DNA from: Chiloscyllium plagiosum
Taxonomy: Eukaryota
DNA length: 46,727 nucleotides
Assembly (NCBI RefSeq): GCF_004010195.1
Contig: NC_057752.1
Coordinates: 1,317,036 to 1,363,762, forward strand
Direction of reading: 5' to 3'
This document shows positions 1 through 13,127 of the stretch, piece by piece; position 1 is the first letter of the stretch, and the number at the start of each line of letters is the position of its first letter. The notes beneath the pieces were generated by a model. That model saw nothing but the letters and a program-made list of their open reading frames with translations. It was not told the DNA's origin and made no database searches. The position numbers and the translations under genes are program-made.

Positions 1-224
1 CAGACAGAGCAAGGAGCCGTGACTAGTTCTATGTCCCACCCCTCCAAACTGAGGGCTAATTGCAGCCTGACACCAGGCACACCCACCCGAGATGGAGGAG
101 ACAGGAAGTTGGATTCACAATGAGATAATCCCAGACAAAATGTAACATGTCTCTCTCTCTGTGACTAACACACACTAATTACAGATGGAAATAAACTGCA
201 GCAACATGCAATTTCCCAACACAC

Positions 225-620
225 TGCAGTTTTGGTCTCCTTACCTGAGGAAGGATGTTCTGGCAATGCAGGGAGTGCAGCTCGATTTCCCAGACTGATT
301 CCTGGGAATAACAGGATTAATGTATGAAGAGAGACTACATTGATTAGGACTATATTCACTGGAGTTTGGAAAAATGGGGGAGGAGGGGAGGGGAGATTCT
401 CAGAAACCAATAAAACTCGACAGGACTAGACAGGGTAAAAACAGAAAGGATGGACCGGGGAGTCCAGAACCAGGAGGTCACAGGCTAAGGATACTGGATA
501 GACCATTTCACACTGAGATCAGGAGAAATGGCTTCACCCAGAGACTGGGGAGCCTGTGGAATTCTCTCTCACCAAAATCAATTGAGGCTAAAACGCTGAA
601 TGTTTTCAAGGAGGCATTTG
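225..620 (+). mobile_element. Decayed CR1 ORF2 C-terminal fragment
   Basis: gcagttttggtctccttacctgaggaaggatg...; LWNSL...LNVFK motif. Confidence 0.7.
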
Positions 621-884
621 GTACTGTTATAGAGTCATAGAAATGTACAGCATTGAAGACAGAGATTCCTGCAATACAGTATTGGCCGTCTTTCCTACCA
701 GTGGCAGTGCTTACTGTGTCAACACTTCCCCCTGCTACGTTTTGGTCCCTGTACTTCCCAGACTGTTACCCAGGACTGGGGAAATCCTACCAATTCACTC
801 AATTTCTCTCTCCACAATGTTGCCAGGCCAACTGTCTCTTTCCAGAATTTTCTACCTTTCAGATTTCCAGCAAAAGCAGGACAG

Positions 885-1750
885 ACAAGGAACAAGAGTC
901 GGTCACTCAGCCCTTTAAGCCTGTTCCGCCATTAAATAAGATCGCAGCTGATCTGATTTCAACCTCAACTCTACACTTCTGCATATCCCTCGATAATCTT
1001 TCATCCCCCTTGGTTATCAAGAATCTATCTCCCTCTGCCTTCAACATATTGAAAGATTCTGCATCCACTGCCTTTTGAGGAAGGGAATTCCAAAGACTCA
1101 ACTCTCAGAGAGAAAAAGAAAATTTCCTCATCTGTTTTAAATGGGCAGCCACTTATTTTAAAACCATGACCCCTAGTTTCCTCATCTCCGTTTTAAATTT
1201 TAAAACAATGACTCTAGTTCTAGAATTCTCCCACAAGAGGAAACATCCTTTCCACACCCACCCGGTAAAGTCTCCTCAGGATTTTATATGTTTTAATTAA
1301 GTCACCTCTGACTCTTCTAAACTCCAGATGATACAGGCCCAGCTTGTCCAACCTTTCTTCATAAGGCAATCTGCATATTCCAGGGAATAGTTCAGTAAAC
1401 CATCTCTTAATCGGTTCTAATGCAGCATACCACTCCATCAGTGACCAGTAGAGTCATAGTATCAAACAGCATGGAAACAGACCCTTCAGTCCAACCAGTC
1501 CATACCACCCATAATCCCAAACTAAACTAGTCCCACCTACCTGCTCCTGGCCCATATCCTTCCAAACCTTTCCTACTCATGTGCTTATCCACATGTCTTT
1601 TAAGCGTTATAACTGTACTCACATCCACCACTCACTCAGGAAGTTCATTCCACAGACAAACAAGTCAAAAGAATTTGCCCCTCATGTCTTTTTACCGATA
1701 ACAGGGCAACCAGAACTGGACAAAGTATTCCAGAAGGGGCCTCACCAACG
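885..1750 (-). mobile_element. Cluster of CR1 3' fragments
   Basis: YEERLDKLGLYHLEFRRVRGDLI and [10 protein letters not shown] peptides, plus CR1 3' UTR tails. Confidence 0.8.
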
Positions 1751-2849
1751 TCCTGGGCAACGGAAGTATACTTTGCTCTTGGAGATGAACTGAAGTATTG
1801 AAAATGAGCAGGCAGATTTTAACCTACTAATCATCAGCTGTACTGTATTATCGGAGGAATTCGCCAAAAGAAATCAAGCGTGTTAGACTTCATAAGCTTA
1901 GCTTTTATTTGTTTCTTATTAATGGCTTCTGGTAGTAAACCATAATTAGGCTTAATTCACACTTTTAAGCAAATGTGCTAAATTAATAAAGAGTCCAGAA
2001 GCCAGGTTAGTATATCAAGCTTAATTGAATGAAAAGTCTAACACTACAGAGCTTGGAAAGATGTAATAAATCCAGAACTATTCAGCCAGTAGCTGGGAAA
2101 GTTTCAAAGTTTCAGTGCATTAACCACTCCTCATTTTTTTAAACTGTCACCTTCTAAAAAGGTCTGCACTCATATAGCGTTTTTCAAATACCTCGAGACA
2201 CTTCATGGTTTTTGAGATGTCGCCACTGGAATGCGCACAAGATCCCACGAACAGCAATACCATAACAAACCACAGAAACTCCCCCCCAGACCAGAAGCCG
2301 CCAGCTTCTCTTTGAAATTTTTCACACCACCTCCTCCCACTCCCTCCCAGGGCGTGCAGGCAGGTTTAACATCCCGAGACAGCACCGCCAACAGTCCAGC
2401 CGCAGTACTGCACGGACATACGGCCTTGGCGTTCTGTGCTCAAATTCCCAAGTGGCCCTGGTACCAGCCCCTTCTGAATCAGCTCTACTTGGATGTGCTG
2501 CTGGAGGTCTCACCAAATAAAACGCTCGCTTCTGCTGCCTCATCTCCAACCAGCTGCTGCTAACTGGAAGAAAGTGTACAGAAACCCACTGTTTAGTTTG
2601 TTGCCCCTCAGATTTTTGTCCTAAGTTTATTTGCAGCAGAGTTCCGGTGATTAACCTTTATTCCTGAAGGCACCAGGGCAACCCGGGAGAGTTGTCAACC
2701 TAATGTTTGCACTTCACACGCTTTTGACCTATGTATGTCTGTGGAAAGGTAAGGACACACATTGGATAGGTAACAGCAAACATTTAAAGAACACTGGGAG
2801 AAACTGCGACAATTGTTCATTGCAGTCTGGCACACAAATCAAAGGTAAA

Positions 2850-3545
2850 AAGTGGCTCAATTATGGCTAATTAAGGAAATTAGGAATCGCATTAGATCCA
2901 AGGTAGGGCCATACGAATTGGCCAAAACAAGATCAGCAGGCCTGAGGATTGGGAGCAGTTTAGATTTCAACAAAGGAGGACAAAGGGGTTGATTAAGAGA
3001 GGATGAATAGAGTATGATAGAAAGGTTGTAGGGAACACACAAACTGATTGGAAAAGCTTCTATAGATATGTGACGAGAAACCGATTAGTGAAGGTGGTGA
3101 TCCCTTGCAGCCAGAAACAGGGGAAGTTATAATGGGGAACCAAGAGATGGCAGACCAATTAAATACATTTTTTGGTTCTGCCTTCACAAAGGCGAACACA
3201 AATAACATGTCAGAAACGTTGGGGAACACCAGGGTCTAGTGACAGGGAGGAACTGAAGGAAATCAGTATTAGTAGAGAAATGGTGTTTGGGGAAATTGAT
3301 GGGACTAAAGGCAGATAAATCCCCAGGGCCTGATAATCTACAGCCCAGAGTGCAATAGGAAGCTGCCCTAGAAATAGTGCAGGCATAGGTAGTCATCGTT
3401 CAGGATTCAATAGACTCTGAACAGTTCCTATAGATTGGAGGGTCATTAATGGAAGCCCACTATTTAAAATAAAGGTGGTAGAGAGAAAACTAGGAATTAT
3501 GGACTGGTTAGCTGAACATCAGTCATGGGGAAAATGCCACAGGCC
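2850..3545 (+). mobile_element. CR1 ORF2 internal fragment (upstream of RT)
   Basis: gataaatccccagggcctgat (DKSPGPD) and ggaattatggactggttagc (NYRPVS-like); many stops. Confidence 0.8.
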
Positions 3546-3599
3546 ATTATAAAAGCAGAGCCCCTGGTTTGTCCAGAAACTGAACTCAGATTTGACCTT

Positions 3600-4142
3600 C
3601 GAGTCTGCTCCCCCATTCAATATGATCATGGCTGATCATCCAACTCAGTCCCTGTTCCTGCTTTCTCCCCGTAACACTTTGATCCTTTTAGCCCTAAGAA
3701 CTGTATCTAACATAGGGTCATAGAGATGTACAGCATGGAAACCCGTCCATGCTGACCAGATATCCCAACCCAATCTAGTCCCACCTGCCAGCACCTGGCC
3801 CATATCCCTCCAAACCCTTCCTATACATATACCCATCCACATGCCTTTTAAATGCTGTAATTGTACCAGCCTCCACCACTTCCTCTGGCAGCTCCCTCTG
3901 GCAGCTCATTCCATACATGTACCACCCTCTGTGTGAAAAGGTTGCCCCTCAGGTCTCTTTTTAAATCTTTCCCCTTTCACCCTAAACCTATGCCCTCTAG
4001 TTCTGGACTCCCCCACCCTGGGAGAAAGTCATTGTCTATTCACCCTATCCATGCCTCTCATGATTTTACAAACCTCTATAAGGTCACCCCTCAGCCTCCG
4101 ATGCTCCAGGGAAAACACCCCAGCATGTTCAGCCTCTCCCTG
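3600..4142 (-). mobile_element. CR1 3' ends
   Basis: Homologous to the 21071-21610 and 36540-36940 copies. Confidence 0.8.
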
Positions 4143-6199
4143 TCTGAAAACTACAGTCAGAAAGCAGAATGATTGGAGAGGTGTGTCCCTGAGTCAGGAT
4201 AGAGTGGGTGGCCTATCTGAGCTGTGGTGAAATATATTGTTGACAGGGCTGAACAAATTAGGGCAGGTGCTATCACTCAGTGCAATTCTTGAAGGAAGAG
4301 GCAATGAGGACAGAAAGATGTTCAGGGACCCTTTTGTCAGCATTCAACAGTGAAAACATTTCACACAAACATTTGCCCGGTCTAATGACACATTCTGATC
4401 CCATCCCTGCATTCCCACCTCCAGTAAGAACAGCAGGAAGCCATTCAACCTGTTTTCCCGTTTAATCAGATCATGGCGGACCCTTATCCGAACTGGATCC
4501 ACTCACCTTGGTCCCCATAACGCTGGATTCCCTTTACCCAGCAATCCCAGAAATCAAGCAACCCATCCAGGGAACGCTATTCGTCTGGCGATAGGTGATG
4601 TCAGTGTTCTTCAGACTGAACTGGGAATTTTTTTTTGGTCGCGATTTCCATTTGGGCCTTTACTGGTTGTCATAGCCGCCAGGAATGTTCCTTTTGCAGA
4701 GCTGTTGGCTGACTCCGGTCGGCAAATGCCGAGTGGCCGCAGGTCTGGGATGGAATTCCAACCACCGCCCAATACTTCCGCACAAACCCGTGGCTTTACA
4801 AATCCTTGATGTTTCGGATCGACTTGGAGATATCACAACACACAGCTGGAACAGGCAGGACTTGAACTTGGGGAGCCTGAGCTCAGAGGCAGGGACACTC
4901 CCACTGTGAAAAAAGAGCCACTGTTCGCTGCAAGTTTGGTCCGTGCTGATTAGAGTCGGCCAGGTTTAATCCTGGTTGGTCCTGAGTTGGTTAATCTCAG
5001 CCAAGTAATGGGCTTGAACTGACCCCACACCTGCCAGCTGCAGACCCAATTCTGGACCATTGCCCCACTCTGCCCAGATGTGTACCAGGGGGCAGCTGTA
5101 CCATTCAGCCCCTGAGTCTTTACCTCATTGCCCCATCTGACTGAATGCCAGGACAGGCTCAAGGAACTGAAAGGCTTCTTCCTGAGGATATTGGGCACCA
5201 TCAGAAGGTGTCCTTAGAGTGGGAGGAAGCTTCACATAAACAGGGAATGGTGCCATGGCCAAATTACTGGGAGGAATTTGATGGCGTCTTCAATAAAGGG
5301 GTGGAGGGGGAAAGACAGCAGCAGAGGAGTTGGGCCGAAGGGCCTGTTTCCGTGCAGTATGACTCCATGACTTGGGGCATTGAGTTGGGATAAAACACCC
5401 CAGGTGCTACACACAAGGTAAAGGAAGGACAAGGATGTACGACTCGCCTGCTTATACAGAATCACGTTTGTCAAGTGGCTCTCTCTGTGCTACACATTCT
5501 GGTTATTCTGTGATTCACTGGTGGGATTTAAATTGCCTACTTTCCTTGCATTAATATGACTGAGACTTTATAAATGGAGCTGTCACTTAACAAGTGCTTA
5601 ATACACATCACTTTGATCCCTGTACAAAGGCTGGGTTACACTTTACTCTTCAAGTGATGTCTACTTAATTAAAAAAACAGCACCCGTGTTTTGTGTCTTA
5701 ATTACCTTTTAATCACACATTTCACAGCATTCTCATGTTTCTGTGTCAAACACAGACACCCACACACACACACGCTTGCATACAAATTTTCCAAGGGGCT
5801 GCAAATTTAGCTGATTAAACGTCTGGAAACTTCCAAAGAATTCTCGGCCTCTTTTCCTTTACATCGTCCCTCGAGCTGGTCCCTTTTCCCAAGTGACCAC
5901 TACCTGTGCACCAGCTGGGGCAAGGCAGGCAGGATATTCGACATTGTTAGCATGATGCCAACGATCAATCCATGGGGTGTGACAGGACAGAGATGAGAAA
6001 TTGGAGCTGGAAACCCAGAGGGGTTTGCTTTGCTCTCTACGGAGGGAATTCAACAGAGACTAAGGGATTCCTGCTGAACCGATGAAGGTAGTGCTGTCCA
6101 AAGCCAACACACTATCCACTGAGCAATGATGTGAGGAGGGTGTGATGTTGAGGGAAGCGTTTCACTCACTTCTATTTATAAATATTCCTTCTGTTGTCA

Positions 6200-7530
6200 G
6201 AGAGTCAGAGGGTCATACAGCATGGAAACAGACCCTTCGGTCCAACTCGTCCAGGTTTCCCAATCCAATCTAGTCCCACCTGCCAGCACCCGGCCCATAT
6301 CCCTCCAAACCCTTCCTATTCATGTACCCATCCAAATGCCTCTTAAATGTTGCAATTGTACCAGCCTCCACCACGCACTCATCACCCTCTGTGTGAAAAC
6401 GTTGCCCCTCAACTCCCTACTAAATCTTGCTCCTCTCACCTTAAACCTAGTTTTTAGATGGTTAAAACATAGAAGGATGCCATTTGGTCTTTTGTGTCTG
6501 TGCCTCTCCCCCAGCTGCTCCCTGCGCGTTCCTTCTTTTCCGGTAATTATCCGATTCCATTTGTGAAAGGTTCGATTGAACCAACCTCACCCAACCCTCT
6601 CAGACTGTGCACTCCTGATCCGAACCACCCACTTTGTGAAAAAAAAAGTTTCCTCTGCCAGTCCCCTTAAATCTGTGCCTCTCAATCCTTCCACCGACAG
6701 AAACAGTTCCCCCCCCCCCAGCACTCGGCCACCTGCCAGCGCCCGGCCCATATCCCTCCAAACCCTTCCTATTCATATACCCATCCAAATGCCTCTTAAA
6801 TNNNNNNNNNNNNNNNNNNNNNNNNNNNNNNNNNNNNNNNNNNNNNNNNNNNNNNNNNNNNNNNNNNNNNNNNNNNNNNNNNNNNNNNNNNNNNNNNNNN
6901 NNNNNNNNNNNNNNNNNATAGGAAGGAGACCAGAATTGCATGCAATATTCCAACAGTGGCCTAACCAATGTCCTGTACAGCCGCAACATGACCTCCCAAC
7001 TCCTGTACTCAATACTCTGACCAATAAAGGAAAGCATACCAAATGCCCTCTTCACTATCCTATCTACCTGCGACTCCACTTTCAAGGAGCTATGAACCTG
7101 CATTCCGAGTTCTATCCTGCATCCTTAGACTGTGACCATCTGGTTCTGGACTCCCCGGTCATTCGGATCATCATTCCTGTGTTTACTCTGTCCAATCCCG
7201 ACAGAATTTTATAGATTTCTATAAGATCTTCCCTTCGTTCTTCGAAACTCTAGTGAATATAGTCCTAATCGATGTGGTTTGTCTGCACACGTCAGCCCTG
7301 CCATCCCAGGAATGAGTCTGGTAAACCTTTGTTGCATTCCCTCTATTGCCAGAACATCCTTGCTCAGGGAAGTAGACCCGGACTGCACACAATACTCCAG
7401 GGGTGGTCTCACTCTGTCCAATAGCAGTAAGACATCCCTGCTCCTGTACTCGAATCCTCTTGTTATGAAGGCCAACATACCATTTACCTTCTTCACTGCC
7501 TGCTGGACCTGCAATGCCCACTTTCTGCAT
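6200..7530 (-). mobile_element. Cluster of CR1 3' fragments spanning an assembly gap
   Basis: [37 protein letters not shown] and AVKKVNGMLAFITRG peptides. Confidence 0.85.
6802..6917. other. Assembly gap (116 N)
   Basis: Run of N inside a CR1 copy. Confidence 0.99.
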
Positions 7531-8284
7531 TTCTGACAATCTTATGTTCTGGGCGGGGGGGAAATTAACAATAAATGTGCTTATTGTACTGCAGAGCAGG
7601 TTCGATGGGCTGAATGGCGTCTGTCCAGTCAAAGGGAACTATCATTCAGCAGTGCAGGGTTGAACTGTGAGATTGAAACCTAATGGCAATGAGCTATGTG
7701 TCAGTAATGACAGATCAGTAAATATCAGGGAGACCAGGGCTGGGCTTACAGGTGTCCATCGGAAGAGTGCCATGTGGTGAGTGTGTAAGGCAGTGTCCCT
7801 GAAACTAGGCCCTAGCAAGTAACAGTGCCTTCAGCAGAGGGGCAATAGGGAAATTAATTTGGTCCCAAAATACAAGGACGTTTTCACAAGGAGTTTCTCG
7901 AGTGTTCCACCTTGTGGCAGGTTTATGAACTGCACCCTTTCCCAGGCCTAGTGGGCAAAGACCAAGCCACATGCTGCAGATCACCCTGGGAAACCACACT
8001 GGAAACGAGGCCATGGATAGTAACTGAGCAATGCCTGGAAAAAAACATCTCACCCTCATTGCGAAAATAACCAAAACATTTTACAGGGCATTAGCAGAAG
8101 GACAAATAACAGAAGGTGGCAGATGTAGCTGAAATTACAGAAAGCAAAACAGAACTCTTATAAAGTAGCTTCCAGAAAAGTTATACAAACCTTAGCACAC
8201 TGTCCATTTATATTTACAGTGTGTTTGCTACCGGTAACTTGGCACTGTAGGGTTTTAAAAGAGTTTAAAATGGCTATGAATATA

Positions 8285-8830
8285 TTAGAGTCATAGAGCT
8301 GTACAGCATAGAAACAGACTCTTCGGTCCAATTCATCCATGTTGACCAGATATCCTAAATTAATCTAGTTCCACCTGCCAGCACTTGGCCCATATCCCTC
8401 TCAACCCTTCCTATTCATATAACCATCCAGATGCCTGTTAAATGTTGCAATTGTACCAGCTTCCACCACTTCCTCTGGCAGCTCATTCCATACATGCACC
8501 ATCCTCTGCATGAAAAAGTTGCCTCTTAAGTCCCTTTTATTATCTTTCCCCTCTCACTTTAAACCTATGCCCTCTAGTTCTGGACTCCCCGACCCCAGGG
8601 AAAAGACTTTGTCTATTTATCCTATCTATGCCCCTCATGATTTTATAAATCTTTATAAGGTCACCCCTCAGCCTCCGATGCTCCAGGGAAAACAGCCCCA
8701 GCCTGTTCAGCCTCTCCCAGTAGCTCAAATCCTTCAACCCTGACAACATCCTTACAAAATCTTTTCTGAACCCTTGCAAGTTTCATGACATCCTTCCTGT
8801 AGCAGGGAGACCAGAATTGGACGCAATATT
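8285..8830 (-). mobile_element. CR1 3' fragment
   Basis: ERLNRLGLFSLEHRRLRGDLI peptide; agagtcatagag tail. Confidence 0.85.
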
Positions 8831-9424
8831 CCGAACGTTCTCTCTATGAGCTTGATATAACATGCTGAAAGCAGCAGAGCATCAATTCGATTTGCAATGG
8901 ATTGTTCAGAGGAGTCACTCTGTGAAAGCTTGCTGTTTCGACATCTGCGTGGATCAATGTTACACACGATCACGTGGGATATACCGCACAGGAATAGGCC
9001 ATTCAGCCCAACTAGTTGATGTCAGGCATTTTGCTTCACCCAAGTCTCCTTCTATCTCACTGACATCTACCACTCGATGCACTTCCCTCTAATACCTGTT
9101 AGCTTCCCTTGAAATCCATCCTTCCTCTTCACTTTAACCACTCCCTCTGGGAGTGGCTTCCATGTTCTTTCCATTCTCTGGGCAAATGGTACCATCTGAA
9201 TTCTCCATGTCATAAGACAGTCCCTCCATACCAAGGATCAGCCAAGTGAATCTTCCCTGGGCTGCCTCCAATGTCACACTATTCCAGCTGTGGTCCAACT
9301 AGTGCCTTGTATAGTTTTAATAAGACTTCCCTACTTTTAGGCTCCATTCTTGGTGACTATCTTATGTTGCCAGTGCCCAGTGATAATGTCCCCAGCAACA
9401 GACACATCCTGTCCACTATTTTAA

Positions 9425-9995
9425 ACTGAGAGTAAAGCTCCCTCCACACTGTCCCCCCATCAAATACTCTCAAGACAGGGACAGCACAGGGTTAGATACA
9501 GAGTAAAGCTCTCACTACACTGTCCCCCCATCAAAAACTCCCAGGGACAGCATGGGGTGAGATACAGAGTAAAGATCCCTCTACGCTGTCCCCTATCAAA
9601 CACTCCCAGGGACAGCATGGGATTAGAGACAGAGTAAAGCTCCCTCTGCGCTGTCCCCCATCAACCACTTCCAGGGACAGGAATAACACAGGATTAGATA
9701 CAGAGTAAAGCTCCCTCTACACTGTCCCCCATCAAATACTCCCAAGGACAGGGACAGCACAGGGTTAGGTACAGAGTATAAAGCTCCCTCTACACTGTCC
9801 CCATCAAACACTCCCAGGTCAGGGACAGCACAGGGTTAGATACAGAGTAAAGCTCCCTCTACACTGTTCCCCCATCAAGCACTCCCAGGACAGTGACAGC
9901 ACTGGGTTAGATACAGAGTAAAGCTTCCTCTACACTGTCCCCCATCAAATACTCCCAGGGACATGGACAGCACAGGTTTAGAGACAGGGTAAAGC
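9425..9995. repeat. Minisatellite, ~71-bp unit, about 8 copies
   Basis: The AGTAAAG anchor (variant in two units) recurs at 9431, 9502, 9568, 9633, 9704, 9775, 9846, 9917 and 9988. Unit is approximately gggttagatacagagtaaagctccctctacactgtcccccatcaaacactcccaggacagggacagcaca. Confidence 0.95.
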
Positions 9996-10007
9996 GTGTT
10001 ACATGGA

Positions 10008-10420
10008 GTGGCACAGTGGCTCAGCAGTTAGCACTGCTACCTCACAGCGCCAGCGTCCTGGGTTTGATTCCAGCATTGGGTGACGATCTGTGTGGAGTTT
10101 GCACGTTCTCCCTGTGTCGAGAGTGTGGTGCTGGAAAAGCACAGCAGGTCAGACAGCATCTGAGCAGCAGGAGAATTGACATTTTGGGTATAAGCCCTTC
10201 ATTAGGAATCCCCATGTCTGCATGGTTTTCCTCTGGGTGCTCCAGTTTCCTCCCACAGTCCAAAGATGTGCAATTCAGGTGAATTGGCCATGCTAAATTG
10301 CCCACAGTGTTCAGGGATGTGTAGGTTAGGTGCATTAGTCAAGGATAAATGGTAGGAGAATGGGGTTGGTGTGATCTTAATGGGCCGAAGGGCCTGTTTC
10401 CACACTATAGGCATCTTATG
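10008..10420 (+). mobile_element. HE1-type tRNA-derived V-SINE (interrupted)
   Basis: tRNA-like head, V-domain tgtgtggagtttgcac...gtttcctcccacagtccaaagatgtgc, CR1-like tail gggccgaagggcctgtttcc. Confidence 0.85.
10119..10209 (-). mobile_element. Family A PLE module inserted in an HE1 SINE
   Basis: Reverse complement of the family A module. Flanked by ccctgtgtc (10110-10118) and ccccatgtc (10210-10218), both CpG-decay forms of the SINE sequence ccccgtgtc. Confidence 0.75.
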
Positions 10421-11359
10421 ATTCTACAACGCACCTCTTTGGCCATCACACCCTGAGGTGGGACTTGATATCCTATCACTCTCCTTTCTGAGTACAATGT
10501 GAACTGCACACACTCCTCTCCAGCCAGGATCAGCCCCAGGCCTGAACGGTGTGGGGCCTGCTGGGAAATCCAGGAAAATCGTGCCAGGCCTTTTTTGTTG
10601 TCGGGAGCAATGGGTCACGTTTTCCATCAGAGTTCTGGTATTGAGGTGAGATTCTCACCAGTGAGCCATGAGAGGCTTATTGCTCATTGTTTACCCTCAC
10701 TGTGACTGAATCTCACCTCAATGATACACAGACGGTGAGAATTCCTGACAGGTACCTGGTGACACCAACTCATCACGCACTCCTATGACCTTCCATCTTA
10801 GACTCCCTGCACCAACATCTCAAAATATACACCATGGGCAGTGACTGCCCACAGCCCACATCCATTGATGCTGCCCTCTGACACATGCGAAGCTCTGCAC
10901 CATCTTGGCACATCTCCAATCCACTTTCACTCTGCTGCTGCACTGCCATCCTACAATTTGGAGTTCACCAGAAACTACCATTAAAATTTTTCCCAGAATG
11001 GACCAGGATAGCTCACTCACTCTCTTAGTGTAGACACACACACAGCACCGACCCACATGCTCACAGCGTTGCTGCCCTGACGCTCAGCATTGATGGTCTG
11101 TCCAGGGACAGCCACAGAGAAAGGGGTGGAGGGTGGGGGTGGAGAGGAGGGTGATACTGGTCTACAGCGGGTACTGGGAGAGGACTGGCACTAATTTAAG
11201 GAGGGCTGTGAGATGACGATGTGGCTACAGATAGATAAGCTATGCGCCCTGGTGTTTAAACCACGGTCCGTTGTGCAGTTACAGATGCAAAGAAGTGCCA
11301 GCCATGCCCGCTGTATGCCATGAGAGGCATTGGAAGGAAATGATGCTTGGCCAAAAAAG

Positions 11360-11670
11360 AGGGTGGCACATTGGGTCAGTGGCTAGCGCTGCTGCCTCAC
11401 AGCGCCAGGGTCCCAGGTTTGATTCCAGCCTCGGGTGACTGTCTGTGTGGAGTTTGCACATTCTCCCCGTGTCTGTGTGGGTTTCCTCCGGGTGCTCCGG
11501 TTTCCTCCCACAGTCCAAAGATGTGCAAGCCAGGTGAATTGGCCATGCTAAATTGCCCATAGTGTTAGGTGTATTAGTCAAAGGGAAATGGGTCTGGGTG
11601 GGTTACTCTTCGGAGGGTCGGTGTGGACTTGTTGGGCCGAAGGGCCTGTTTCCACTCTGGAGGGAATCTA
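11360..11670 (+). mobile_element. HE1-type SINE
   Basis: Full head, V-domain and tail. Confidence 0.88.
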
Positions 11671-12229
11671 AAACAGAAGAAAATGGTAAGATTCAGCCCT
11701 TGGTGTGGACTAACCAGGGTTTAATATATGTTTGGCACAAGTTAACTCAACCCTTTGAGATAGAAAGACCAGCGCTTAGTTGGGTTATTTCTGTTCATGG
11801 CCTCGCCAACTTGGGGAGCTGGTGACAACCAAGAAGGTTCTAGAACATGCTTTATTGTTCATTTATTGCTGCTAGAACTTCCTCACGATTGCCATTCAAG
11901 AAATACCATCACCATGGGGACTGCAGCAGCTCAGGTAGGAGGCCTATCGGCCCCTTTCTCATACAAACTTGCCCACACCCTGGCAGCAAATGACAAGAGG
12001 CCAATCAACGAGGTGGCACAAATTAGATGGGTCAAATGACCCCCTCTTTGCCTTTGTCAAAAACTTTCTGGACACACAAATATCTGAAATAAATTCGGTC
12101 ACGGTGCAATTTGCTGATCTCTGGCAGAGTGATGGGACTTTTTTTCATTCTTACACACCGACGAACACTTGAAGTGACCTCGTTATTTCTGCCATGTTAC
12201 ATCCAGGGCATCGTGCTCAGGATGATTCT

Positions 12230-12368
12230 GTAACCTGCACATCTTTGGATTGTGGGAGGAAACCAGAGCACCCGGAAGAAACCCACGCAGACATGGGGAG
12301 AATGTGCAAACTCCACACAGAGAGTCGCCCGAGGCTGGAATTGAACCTGGGTCCCTGGCGCTGTGAGG
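12230..12368 (-). mobile_element. HE1-type SINE fragment
   Basis: Reverse complement of head and V-domain. Confidence 0.8.
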
Positions 12369-12547
12369 CCCCTTTCTGACCTTGACAGGTTGCTGCCCTG
12401 AGTCTCAATTGACGAAGTGATTGAGGAGGAGGGCAGGGTAAAAGGTCACCATTCCACTCCCTCTGGGTCCCCGCCCCCCTCAGCACCCACCCATCATGGC
12501 AGGGTCACTCTGGACTCACAGTGTAAACACAGTGGCTCCAAGAGCAA

Positions 12548-13127
12548 GTCAGAGACCAGGAATACTGCGGCGAGTAACTCACCTCCTGACTCCCCAAAGC
12601 CCGTCACCAAGGCCCAAGTCAGGAGTGTGATGGAATACTCCCCACTTGCCTGGATGGGGGCAGCTCCAACAACACTCAAGAAGCTCAACACCATCCAGGA
12701 CAAAGCAACCCCCGCTTGATTGGCCCCACATCCACAAACACCCACCCCCTCCCCCACCGACACTCAGTAGCAGCAGTGTGTACCATCTACAAGGTGCACT
12801 GCAGAAATTCACCAGAGATCCTCAGACAGCACCTTCCAAACCCATGACCAATCCCACCTGGAAGGACAAGTGCAGCAGATACATGGAAACACCAACCCCT
12901 GCAAGTTCCCCTCTAAGCCACCACCATCACCGTTCCTTCAGTGTCGTTGGGTCAAAATCCTGGAATTCCTTCCCTAAGGTCATTGTGGGTCAACCTACAG
13001 CACATGGACTGCAGCAGTTCAAGAAGGCAGCTCACCCCCACCTTCTCAAGGGGGCAACTAGGGACAGGGCAATAAAAGCTGGGCCCAGCCAGTGACTCCC
13101 ACGTCCCCAAGTGTGAACAATGAAAAA
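12548..13127 (+). mobile_element. L2/CR1-group LINE 3' fragment
   Basis: KAQVRSVMEYSPLAWMG...SKSWNSFP...FKKAAHPHLLKG; tail gggcaactagggacagggcaataaa. Sister copies at 14163-14378 and 45286-45918. Confidence 0.75.

Noticed and set aside
1176..1225. Same internal deletion in CR1 copies here and at about 25075-25120, suggesting duplication
   Set aside because: The copies are otherwise clearly diverged, and the deletion lies between tttaaaa microhomologies, so it could recur independently or mark a subfamily.
6576..7214. Long ORFs spanning 6802-6917
   Set aside because: Artefacts of translating through Ns within a CR1 copy.
9425..9995. CRISPR-like array of regularly spaced repeats
   Set aside because: The intervening sequences are homologous to each other rather than unique spacers, the context is vertebrate, and there are no cas genes. 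It is a minisatellite.
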